A DNA stretch of 64,000 nucleotides from Strigamia acuminata (Eukaryota), in assembly GCA_949358305.1 (NCBI GenBank), contig OX442314.1:22320001-22384000 (forward strand). Reading direction: 5' to 3'. Under the pieces are notes generated by a model. It saw only the letters and a list, made by a program, of their open reading frames with translations, was not told the DNA's origin and ran no database searches. The first letter of the stretch is position 1; each line of letters begins with the position of its first letter. Shown piece by piece: positions 36,955 through 49,985 of this stretch. The translations under genes were made by a program, and so were the position numbers.

Positions 36955-37140
36955 TTCCTCTCCTCTTCCTTTTTTCTCCTCTTTTTTTTTCTCCTCTCCT
37001 CTTCCTTTTTTCTCCTCTTTTTTTTTCTCCTCTCCTCTCCTCTTTCTTTTTTCTCCTCTCCTCTCCTCTTCCTTTTTTCTCTTCCTTTCCTCTTCTCTTT
37101 CTCTCCTCTCCACCTTTCCTCTTCCCTTTCGCCCTCTTTA
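36955..37140. repeat. CT-rich low-complexity tract
   Basis: Near-pure pyrimidine repeats (ctcctctcctcttcctttttt)n. Confidence 0.9.
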
Positions 37141-37175
37141 TATATATTCTCAAGCTCAACCACATCAAATTCGTC

Positions 37176-37350
37176 TGTAAACCGGACATAGCACCGTCCG
37201 GACAGCTGTGTGGACCGGACAGTTTGGAGGTCCTGATTTGGTCCCAACCTATACCCAGCAATACTAAATCCCCTCTCCCATCCGGACAGCCTTTTAGTTC
37301 GGACAACTATCTTGGACCCGTCCTATGTCCGGTCTACGGAGCTTACACTG
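37176..37350. mobile_element. Truncated Tc1/mariner-type MITE
   Basis: ctgtaaaccggacatag at the left is inverted relative to ctatgtccggtctacggagcttacactg|TA at the right. Confidence 0.55.
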
Positions 37351-37657
37351 TATATCGAAAAAAAAGTCTTTTTTTTTTAAATTTGGCAGCTGAACAGTGC
37401 GATGTAAAATACTTTTATTCAATGATTACACAATACAATCAATTTAAAAATACGGTACATTGATTTTTTTTTTTTTTTTTAGTTTTATTTTTAATTAAAT
37501 GTTTATTTTATTTTCCTAAAAAAACAAGAAATGAAATTTTGGATCTTTATTTACTGTATTTATTTTTATTTTGGGTTGTAACAGCATAAAAAAGTAGAAA
37601 TTGCTTGGAAATATTGAATAAATTTTATTGCTATTTAGTAAAAGACTAATACAATTT

Positions 37658-38722
37658 TTAGGAGCGACATATGTGTTCAATTACTTCTCTTTCTCTTGGA
37701 TGTAGTTTCCCAAGTTCAACATCAAGTTTCCTCAGTCTGCAGTTAGCTTTTAGCAGATCACGTTGCAGTTTCTTCTTCTGTAGCATTAATTGTTTAATTC
37801 TCTGCTCGGCTCTTTTCAATTGAATTTGAATTTTATATGGAACTTTTTCTTGTACGCTCTTTGCAATATTGTTTGATAAATTAATTTCATCACTGTTTTC
37901 TTTATGTTGTGAGAATAGGTGTGGTGCCCATTCTTGGATTACACTGGTTGTTTCAGCATTGTTGGGTTCAACATTAATCTGCGACTCAGTTAATGAGCAG
38001 GGATTCATCTCAACAGTATTGTTATCTTCAAAATAAAATTAAAAAAATTAAACTATTAATAAATTTAATAAAAATAATAAATTAAAAGAAAAAAATTATA
38101 CCTGTGGAATTTTCTTTTGGTGCTTTTTCTTTTATTGGCAACCTTTCCTTTGGAGTGTTTGGAAAAATAGTTGGTTTAGCATCAGCAGTTAAATCCCATT
38201 TACCTCTTTCAATCTCTACAACTTTACCATCAATTATATGTGTATAAACTTTTCTAATGAAATGATCAGAAAAGTGAATACCGTATTTTACCGAATAACA
38301 GTCGCCCTCGAATTGTAGCTGCCCTCGAATAGTAGCCGCGGCCGAGATAGGCGACTTGATATAAGAGCCGCCCTCGAATAGTAGCCGCGGCTATATACGT
38401 TCAATGAACGTAATAGTAAGATATTGGCCATTATTTAAAATAAGAGCCGCCCCCGAATTGGAGCCGCCCCCGAATTAAAGCCGCAGCTCAAAGTGGCAGT
38501 TTTGAATAAGAGCCGCGGCTCTTATTTAGTAAAATACGGTATCACAAATATAACTTTTGGTATTAAATAGCCTGTCACTCCTTGGTATTATTAGTCTCCA
38601 TTGCTTCACTTGATTTGACTTCGGACGAAAGAAATGATGCTTTTCAGTATTTGTTTTATAGCCTGACCTGCAGCCAGGTGAAAAACAAGTATAAGTGTAA
38701 GTATAAGTATAAGTATAAGCAT
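37658..38722 (-). pseudogene. THAP-domain plus coiled-coil gene (P-element-transposase-like N-terminus), disrupted
   Basis: After removing the MITE the frame reads YTCFSPGCRSGYK...FFRPKSNQVKQWRLIIPRSDRLFNTKSYICDIHFSDHFI...LTADAKPTIFPN, a C2CH THAP motif. Intron 38101-38026 joins it in frame to the coiled-coil exon. The ATG is out of frame with a (cttata)n expansion. Confidence 0.85.
38281..38539. mobile_element. Tc1/mariner(pogo)-type MITE, family A copy 2
   Basis: TA|ccgtattttaccgaataacag...ctcttatttagtaaaatacgg|TA, homologous to 19008-19266. Confidence 0.92.
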
Positions 38723-38999
38723 TTCAATCTTGAGAAATTCTTCCAACAATTAGCATGTGTGGAAGCATTTGAAACAACACAGTAAAATCAAAATGGAGCG
38801 CGATGATGACGTCGAATTTGCCTGATTTAATGAAGTGCAAATTTTTTCCGCTAGAGGACCTACTGTTCCCGTTTGTTTTTTATTTTGGCGCTTCCAAGAT
38901 GAAGTAATCTTCCAGACGAAAGATGACGAGTGAAGTGAAGATGATCCCAGTTTTTAAATTTAAATTCACGCGTTTAACCAACCTCTGCAAATCACCACG

Positions 39000-40532
39000 A
39001 TGATGAAGCTTGTTTATCGTTTCGCATTGACTTCACTAACAGTTACACTAGTTCTCGTCCTCTTTTCATACTCAAAAAGAAAACACGACCTTCTCGATCC
39101 TGATCCCCATCTACTAACATCTCATTTTCAAAACACCAGGTAACACTTTCTGCACATACATTGCACATACATTGCCGATTACATTTTAATTTCATTTCTA
39201 CAGCATCCTGAACGAATCCAAAATGACTACTCAACGATCATTCCCTACTATCGACAAAATCGTCCTATCTGTGGTTATTTGTAACGATCGCCTTAACGAA
39301 ACTTTGGTGATGCTCAAGTCGGCTGTGACCCTGACGAAAACTCCAATTCATTTCATTCCTGTAATCGAGACGAACTTGACCGAAAAACTTGAAAAAACGG
39401 TGAATTTAACGAGTAGGATTTAATATTTATTTATTTGTGACACCGTGGTTGATGTAATTTGCAGTTGGCATCGTGGCCTGATAAAATACAGCGGAAACTA
39501 ACCTTTACAATCTATCCCATTACATTCCCTTTGGATTTAAAAGAGGCTTTAGAATGGAGAAAATTATTCAAACCTTGCGCGTCACAGAGGCTTTTCCTTC
39601 CTGTAAGTTTTAAAGTTTACTCAATTAAAGATTTTATCTAATTTTTATATGATTTATGTATTATTTTTGCAGACTCTTCTACAGGATGTAGATGCACTTT
39701 TATACGTCGATACTGATATTTTATTTTTACGACCATTAGATGAATTATGGAATTTTTTTTCACTCATGAATTCTAGTCAAATGGCAGCCATGACGCCAGA
39801 ACACGAAGATTATGCAACTGGATGGTACAATAGATTTGCACGCCATCCGTATTATCCACCTCTAGGTACCGGAAGATAATAAAATTTATTTTCAACACTT
39901 GTTAATTCGTTTTTATTTATTTTTTCAGGAGTAAATTCGGGAGTAATGTTGATGAATCTAACTAGAATGAGGTTATTTGAATGGCAAAAGAAAATCATTC
40001 CCATTTATAACGAATATAAATATAAATTAACATGGGGAGATCAAGATATTATAAATATTTTGTTCTTTTTTCATCCAGGTAAATGTTTTATAATTTATTC
40101 CAAACGAAAATGGTATTAGTAATTTTGTTATCACATAATTTCAGATAAAGTGTATATTTATCCGTGCGAGTGGAACTTCAGATCCGATCACTGCATGTAC
40201 ACGAGTGTGTGCAAGTCTGCCGATGGGAATGGCGCTGGTGTGCTACATGGGAGCCGCTCTGTTTTTCATAACAAAAAGCAAATCGCATTTAAAGCAGTTT
40301 ACGACGCTTTTGAGAAGGTTGTATTTTTTGTTTAATTTGCTTGTGGCGATGAATTTTATTAATTTAGTTTTGTTTTGTTTGTGTGTAGTACAATTTTGAA
40401 GACGATTTGAAGACTCATTTGCTGGTGCCACTTCAGTTGTCGCTCCAAGATGCAATTCGAACGAATTGTGGGAAAATAAAAAGGATATTTCTAAAATCGT
40501 TGTCGAAATACATTCAGGAGAATCATACGTAG
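39000..40532 (+). CDS. GXYLT1: Glucoside xylosyltransferase (GT8; shams / GXYLT1/2)
   Basis: Type II signal anchor. [39 protein letters not shown] (DxD), [49 protein letters not shown]. Confidence 0.95.
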
Positions 40533-41245
40533 GAGTTTTATTTCTTATTTTTGATATTTGTCGTTTATGTGAATCTGTTTTGTGCCATTTTACCGGTTGG
40601 ATATTAATAAATCATTTATTATATGATTAATAATAGAGAAATTATGTAAAACAAAATAAATAATGCCATGTATTTTTCATTTAAATAGATGAAAATATTT
40701 CAAACATGTATATTTTTAACGTGATTGCCATATTTGTCACTGTCGCTCGAAATTGTGCGAGATGATGGGAGAATTACAATATAAATACTCTACAATTATT
40801 TATTGGGAACTAATTGTGTTTTATTGTCGAAACTATATTAAATCTATACATAAAGTGAATTTATTTTTTGTTTTGTGGTAATTTACAACTATTATTTAGA
40901 TTTATTCGTGTCACTCAAGTAAATCTTGGACGAATAAAAGAATAAACAGATAAATAGTAAATAGATAAAAGATTAAATAAATCATACGGTTTTTCTAATG
41001 GGGAAAAGTACTCGAAACATGACGTGTTTCTGCTCTTGGGCGTATTTATCTTGGCATCTGGTTGTTTACATCTTTTCCTTTTTTGCTGTAAGTTAATACG
41101 ATAACTCGAGTAATGAATGGCTTCTTTATTCTAAATTAAGAACTGCTGCATCGTGATAAAAGCGTTCACTTTTTTCCTCCTCATAATTACATCAGACATA
41201 ACTTTATGATAAAACTGCGTTGAGCAGCTGAAGGATTCAGTTAAA

Positions 41246-42006
41246 ATGAATCCACAGACATTGGGCTGTTTACTTGTTTACTTAACGTGCTGCATCATCA
41301 TCAATGCGGACACGAAATCAGAAGACTACACGCAAGAGGTGAAGCATTATCAGAAAACACTTATGGCTTTGCACGAGAAAATCGACTCGGTCGTCAATTT
41401 GGAATGGCGAATGTCCAAACTGGAAGCAACTATCGAGGAAAACAGAGGGAATGACGAACAAACCCAAACGTTAATCGATGTAGCGGATTATTACGACGGT
41501 CAACAGTATTCAGATAAAAAAGAGTCATTGGCGAGCATCAATAAGACCGTGATAGACGCTTTGAAAAAGGTTGAAAACATGTTGACTAATGTGGAGCAAG
41601 TTGAGAATCAAGTGTCGGAACTGGACAAACAGGTTTAGTTATTACAAACTGCCATTCTATTTGGTTTTTGATAATCAGTTTGTTTTAGGTTTCGTCTTTC
41701 GAGGAATGGAAAGAGAAAACGAATTTTGAAGAGCAGGCGGAGGAGGTGAAACAAATGGGTAAACAGATGGAAGATTTTGATGCGACGCAACAGGAGTTAA
41801 ATATTGTGACGCGCCAACTACAAAATGAAACGCATGACTTGAGAGAAGACGTTTCTAATGTCAATGCGTGGGTGAGGAGAATGAAAGAAGATTTCCAGAA
41901 TGCTTTTGAAACGATTCGGGCAAATTTAAGCGAAATTTGGAAGGAAAGCCAAAATAATGCTTCAGATAAAACTGTTGTGGATATTGTGGAAAGTGACACT
42001 ACCTAA
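41246..42006 (+). CDS. Orphan secreted acidic coiled-coil protein (~234 aa)
   Basis: Signal-peptide-like MNPQTLGCLLVYLTCCIIINA. Exons 41246-41632 and 41689-42006 join in frame, heptad-rich. AATAAA follows directly. Confidence 0.8.
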
Positions 42007-42534
42007 ATTTATAATAAAATGTAAAAATTGAGAATGGAACCTTGTTAACAGGTTTCTGTCTAAGCTTTTAATTTATAATGTAACTTATCATTGAGTTTCT
42101 TGTATTAAAACATTCTTTGATGAAATCCAAGTTCGTTCTTCCAGGAGCGCAAGAGTTCTCGAATGTTTGTTGACTTGCACTTTACTGTAAGTCGTACATA
42201 CAAATTACAAACTTCCTATTTCCATAGATCACTGTAGGAATATTCAACCTAGCAAATGCATCCTTCGCATATTCAATAAAAATTTATATTTGTTTAATTC
42301 AAAAGTCGACTAAAACTAAAAAAATTAATTCAATTAATTGTAAATAATACATTAAGTGTTTATTATACGCTACATTTTTAAGTTGGAGATCTTGTCCAAT
42401 TTTTTGAAGTCAATTCTAGCACAAAATTACATTCGAATCTCATCCAGCCACAATCCGTGGTAGACTCACTCCTGTACAACGTTTTTGCAGTTTTTCAAGT
42501 AAAATACACAATTCCAACAAATTAAACCTTTATT

Positions 42535-44306
<1,772 letters not shown>

Positions 44307-44463
44307 TTTTTAGCGTGAATATCAATTATCAATGTGAAATTGCACCAGAACCAACACGAATATACCACGCGTAATGGCGCACAGTTTGATCGCAGTTCGA
44401 TTAGTCATTCCAGTTATTTTCATTTCCTCTTATAGACTTCCGGTAAGACTGAAAGCGAGCATC

Positions 44464-45350
44464 ATGTTTAGTAGCAACAAATATTTACAAAAACGGACAA
44501 AATCAGATGATGCGGGGAGATTTGAGTACTTACAAAGCTTACTAACAGAATTTCAAGACACTGATTCGGAAGGTTGTTCTTATTAATTTTTTTAAAAAAA
44601 CATGATAATTTTCATCACGTTGTATAGTATCCTAATTAATATTTTTATATTTTTACTACAGAAGCACGAGTACAAATCATGGCTAACTTGGCTAATTTTG
44701 CCTACGATCCTATTAACTATCTGTTTTTAAGGGACCTAAATGTGTTGGATTTATTTTTAGGTAATTTCATTAAAATTGTTGCTATAAAAATAAAATTATT
44801 TATATTTTTTTCATTGTATTTAAAGATAACTTGACGACTGATGATTCGCAGCTGGTTGAATTTGCGATAGGAGGATTGTGTAATTTATGCTTAGGTTGAC
44901 AAAGTGTGATTTTAATTTATTACAACAAATTTTAATCACATTTACCTTTAATTCATATTCTTAGATACAACTAATAGAGATTATATCATTCAAATGGGAG
45001 GAATTCAATTAATAATTCGGTGCTTATCGAGGTGAAAAGGAATTATAAATAAATTAAAATTGTTATTGACTTGATTGTATCAACACCGATGTCACCTTTT
45101 TACAGCGCAAATGAGGAAACTGTATTAAATGCCATAACAACATTATTGTTTTTAATCACATCAGAATCGAAAAAAGGTAGAAAAAAATATATATATTTTT
45201 AAAAAAATGAAAAATTGTAAGCTCATCCTGATTTCAGAAATAGCCACACAGCCAGTGCTGGAATGCATGAAAAAATTATCAAGCTCGTCGAACTCGAGGT
45301 TAAAAAACCTGTCATTAATTTTCATTCAAGATCATGGAACTGAAATGTAA
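44464..45350 (+). CDS. ARMC7: Armadillo repeat-containing protein 7
   Basis: [12 protein letters not shown]...[82 protein letters not shown]. Head-to-head with RIOK2 (157 bp). Confidence 0.95.
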
Positions 45351-45401
45351 TTCAAAGCTGTAAATAAAGTTTGTTTTTCTAGAAAATATTCATGTTTGTT
45401 T

Positions 45402-45415
45402 ATCGCTATGGTTAC
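45402..45415. promoter_or_regulatory. RFX X-box-like element
   Basis: atcgctatggttac (reverse complement GTAACCATAGCGAT), ~73 bp upstream of ATG 45488. Confidence 0.5.
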
Positions 45416-45487
45416 AGTGGGTGCGGCTGGTCATTTGTCAATACCTTTCTGTTTAGTTGCCAACCTTCAGACTCGTTGTCTATCTAA

Positions 45488-46727
45488 ATGTCAATTCGGA
45501 ATCTTTATACAGCAAGTCCAGAGCCAGAATTTGACGTGAAGATAGTTGGTGGCAAAAGAGTGGTCATATGGAAAGACGAAACGTGAGATTAAACATTTTT
45601 GCTTACTTTTCTAAATATCGATTTTAAAGTTGCAAATAATACCGTTTAGGAAACGGAATGCAGAAAATCTGGCAAAGCAGAGTCGCTCAATGAGCGCGGA
45701 CTACTACATTTCTGACATCTTTCGCAACCGACCTCTAGTATTACCGCCTATAGCTCAAACGGAACATGTGGTCGACTCAAATACAGCAGCAGATGTCAAC
45801 CTATGGCGTCAACTACATTCCGTTTTAAAAAATTATGATGAAAAACGATTGAACTCTATCCTGGAAGACCTTAAAAAAAGAGATTTAGAAAAGATTCGAT
45901 CGACTACACCGGAAATACTGACTGCCATTGCTGCTCATCATGAGGTAAACTTTACAAGAGAAACGAGAGAAATATTATACGTTAATCAAATAAAACTAAT
46001 TAATACTTTGTCTGTGTAGTTACCAGTTCCACCAAACTTATTGCAAACACTCTACGAGCGGTTTGCTACTAGTTTCATTCCAAGCTGTGTTCAATTTGAT
46101 AAGCTCATTAAATACGTCGTTAAGTGTAAATCGCAACTTCCACCAATCGGCAAATTCGTCACTGCAAACAATCATTGCTCACCATTGCAATTAGAAATCA
46201 TTATGAAAAATGAAGCCCGTGTAATTCAAGAACTAGCAAAAGAAATAGCTTTCGATAGGTTACGATTGGACCGTTTCCGCAAGAATGCTTACGAATTAGA
46301 CGTCGGCCGAAGAGGTGTTCTTTCAAAACAACAAGTAAATTTGTCAATTTACAAATATTTAAAAATATAGCTATAGTGTATAACATTGTTTTAACAGATC
46401 GAACAACTCTTTAAACTAGCCAATATCTCAATCAATGAAAATCTTCTCGGGTACATACTGGTTTATTGTAATAAACAAGGTTTTGGTTTGTACGACATGA
46501 CGGAACTGTTCGGATTCTTCGAAAGAGCCAAAGTGCAGTCGCAGACATCATTCCAGAATTCGCAGAGAAGTATTATAATAACACCTACCGGTAATCAGAA
46601 TCACACACAGTTGGGGCCTTTACCGAAAATGCAATTTTATGTACGGCCTGTCAGGTCGATCCAGCAGTCATCATTAGTAACATTTAAACACCAGGATGAA
46701 CTAAGCAATATGCCAACGTGGTTTTGA
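45488..46727 (+). CDS. C1orf87-like degenerate EF-hand protein
   Basis: Four exons. N-terminal PEFDVKIVGGK resembles C1orf87 PEIMVKIIGSK (from recall). EF-hand-like segments ELDVGRRGVLSKQQ|IEQLF and YCNKQGFGLYDMTELFGFF. Confidence 0.6.
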
Positions 46728-46984
46728 GACCAAGTTATTAACTCCAGATTCCACCATCAGATGCAACTGAACCTTTGAAAAACAATGATGCAATAATATT
46801 GTTTTTTGTTTTTGTTTGCTATAGCAATGAAGTTCAACAGTAAAAATAAAATGGGGTAAAAAAATGTTTTTAGAAAAATGTATACATGTCAAGATATTGA
46901 AATAATCGAATATGGCATGTGTAAGTATTTCTCAAGAAAGTGGTGTCGAATAAGAAATAAATAAATACCGGTATGCATTTCTTT

Positions 46985-47517
46985 TTAAAAAGCGAAATCC
47001 AGATTTTCTGTGTAAATCTTGTCCTCACATGCGTCGCAATCGGAAAATGCACTCTTTCGACTCTGATCTGACCAGTTCACGTAGTTCTATGTCTAATGAA
47101 GAGACGCTTCGTCCCCGAAAAGAGAAGTGCAGACGCCCAGTTCGTTTTCCAACACCTTCGGATGATGGTTGTACGTCTCCCGGAATTTGTCAACTCTGTT
47201 TTTTGTTTCTAAAACGAGTCTTTTGGGAAGGTCGTCCGAACCGAGGTCCCCCATGTCTGGGCAGGATCCCAAACGATGACATTTGTGCGTGTGCCTTACC
47301 GATGGGCCGTGAAGAATTCTTATTTTTGTCGTGTCTTCCTCGCATTCTTTTTGTAACATTCCTAGAAGCTGCCGTTGTTTTATTGCTGGTCGGTGGATTT
47401 CTTCATCTGATTAGCATTCTTCTAACGCCCAATTGTATTTTTCCTCCAAGTTCAGCTGTAAATTGCCAATAAAATCATTTTGAACATGTAGTTGTTGTTT
47501 CTACTTACTAGACTCAT
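46985..47517 (-). pseudogene. Spliced orphan ORF with in-frame stops
   Basis: ATG AGT CTA|gtaagt, 53-nt intron, acag|CTG. One frame then runs ~155 codons with TAA at 47413-47411 and TAG-ACA-TAG at ~47095-47087. Confidence 0.4.
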
Positions 47518-47765
47518 TTATAAAGTAATTTAGACTAAACAGCATTTTAAATAACATCTTTCATTCGCAGTGGGCAAGTGCACATTTAAACATATTACGA
47601 ATGCAACTACTGTTTTACAATGTAAATTGAATAATACAAAAAATCACTGACAAGGCATTTTGCCAGCCATTTATTTAAAAATTAACATTCTTATAAATTT
47701 TAACATTTCATTTCATTCCATTTCATACAATATACAATATTTTCTTTAAAATACAGAGTGTCCAG

Positions 47766-48691
47766 TTAATTGCAAATTGACCCAACAGGAACTGGTTCTC
47801 CTAATCCCAAAGGTAGGGAGTTGTGCCTCACGTTTAGTTTGGTGAATTTAATTTTCCACAAGTTAGGCTGCATCAGATCTTTTACCAAGCCAAAAGCTTG
47901 TTCAAACACTCCGATGCACGTATTTTGGTGATAAACTGTTCCAGCAACAACTATCTGCACTAAGCCATGTACATCTTGCTTCGTTTTTACACCGGATTCA
48001 AGGTTAGGTTGAAAAAATAATTCTCGAATCAAAACTAAATCTGATAAATATTTGCAGCTCTCGTGTGCATTTGGCTGCGACGACTGCGACATCACAGATC
48101 CGTTCGGACTGAATTCGGCTAAAAATAATTGGCAATCGGGAGAAAAATGAGATGAGTTGAACGAATCCTCACTCGCCGATGGATGCAATTGTTTATAAAC
48201 AGGATGAACGCTGTTAAGGAGTTGGTAAAACCAGTTACTAAACACTTCTCCCATTTTTCTTAATGCGGTATTGACATCTAGTATTGTCCCTGTATTTAAT
48301 GATGTTACAACGTCTTTAGTTTGTTTGTTTTCTTTCCAAAAATCAATGGCCCTGGCCGCAATTGCTCCTTTATTAGCATTTGGGTCAACAAAAATTCCTT
48401 TTTGATACAAGTAGTTGAAGATTAACTGCTTGTGTATTTTCTGTCGGCATAATACATCACTAGCACTCTCGGCATAGAAGAGGATACCATCTTTGGCTTC
48501 TGCAATGTCAAAAAGTATGAGCGGAAAGTGTAAATTATTTAGTTTTATTTTCCGGTTATGGATGTCTTACCATTAACTGATTCAAATTTTATCAAGTTTT
48601 TTGTGATAACTGCAGCCAATGCAAATACATCGTCGGGATTAATAGAATGAAGAAAGTCCAAGACTCCGTCTTTCTCAGCGTCATCAATCAT
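47766..48691 (-). CDS. C3orf38: C3orf38 (DUF4518)-like protein
   Basis: Exons 48691-48571 and 48499-47766. FSNWFYQLLNS, LFFQPNL, HGLVQIVVAGTVYHQNTCIGVFEQAFGLVKD...NLWKIK. Confidence 0.85.
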
Positions 48692-49985
48692 ATTTGTTAT
48701 GTTAGCAGATCAGCCTGAGAATCATCCTTCCGATAAGTAATAAGTTGGCTTCGGACAAGTGGCGAGACCTAGTGAGCCATCTTCGAACTTAATAACTACG
48801 CCGTAGGAAAAAAAAAGATATGGTCAGTAGACATATCCAATCAATCGTGTAAAACTCGCACTGGTTCATAAAATTTTCGCAGAACCAAGAAATGAAGCAA
48901 ATGCTATATTAAACCACTGTTTTTTTTGTTGATGAAATAATCGAAGAAATATTCAAATTTATTCTCAAAAATCCACTTCCAAATATTTTTGGGGTAAATT
49001 TAACATTGTATAGCACAAATAAATAAAAATTCCGTTACAAATTCATGATTGGTATCAATGAGTGTAGTCGACACGCAATATCATTTAATTTGTTTTCTAA
49101 AGGTAAAATTTCATTTATTTCAAGCAATAAACAAATTCAGCAAGGAACCGCGCACTTGGATAGATTCTAACTAGCCACATTTCATTTGTAAATGACTAAT
49201 ATTTTTATTTGAATAATTTTTAATAATAAAACCTACTTTATTCAAAAATATTTCAAATAACGTGAAAAAACATACTGCAATCTTAAGCGATTGATCTTTA
49301 TCTCTTCAGAAGCTCACCGGGCTAAGCAAATATCCAGCGTTTTCTCCTAAAAAGTGGTTCATACTTGGTCGATATGGTCGTAATTAAGAAATTTTAATTG
49401 CTATTTGCTATTTACTTGTAAAACCCAATAATGAAACAATAAACAAACAAAGATATATACGAAAACATACCTTAGGTATGTTTTCGGCATCTGTTTTGTT
49501 ATTTATAAAACATCAAAAGCAATATAAACAGGAAACACCTACAAACTGCAATAACATAGAGTGCAAGCGTTGAACTGAAATTACTGGTTAGTAGGTAATG
49601 GATTTCATGCTGGTTTTCCATTATCAACTCTTCAAAATATTGGATTGGAAACTATGGAAAAGAAGTTTTTGCAATTTGTAGAACTAAACAAACAAAACGG
49701 ATAAACTTTTATATTCACATAAAATAACTTGAAATTGAAAATTGAAAATTGAAAATTTTCTTCTGCCTACCACGTTTCAATAGGAACAGTTTGCCACTCA
49801 TCGAGTTAGCTCCATAGCTCCTTAGAGCTTTCACCAATTCATTCTTCTGGATACATCCACAAAGTTGAAAACTTTTATTTATGACGATTGTAGATCTGAT
49901 CAAACACAGGACGCAGTAACGAAAATAATAGAATAAATTATTCATTTATTATATTTGTATAGATAGATTAAATTACAGTAGGAAA

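Noticed and set aside
36884..37306. Lys/Arg/Glu-rich and Phe/Leu/Ser-rich ORFs
   Set aside because: Translations of the CT-rich low-complexity tract.
47029..47472. 147-aa plus-strand ORF
   Set aside because: No splice or polyA support; the minus-strand spliced frame explains the region better.
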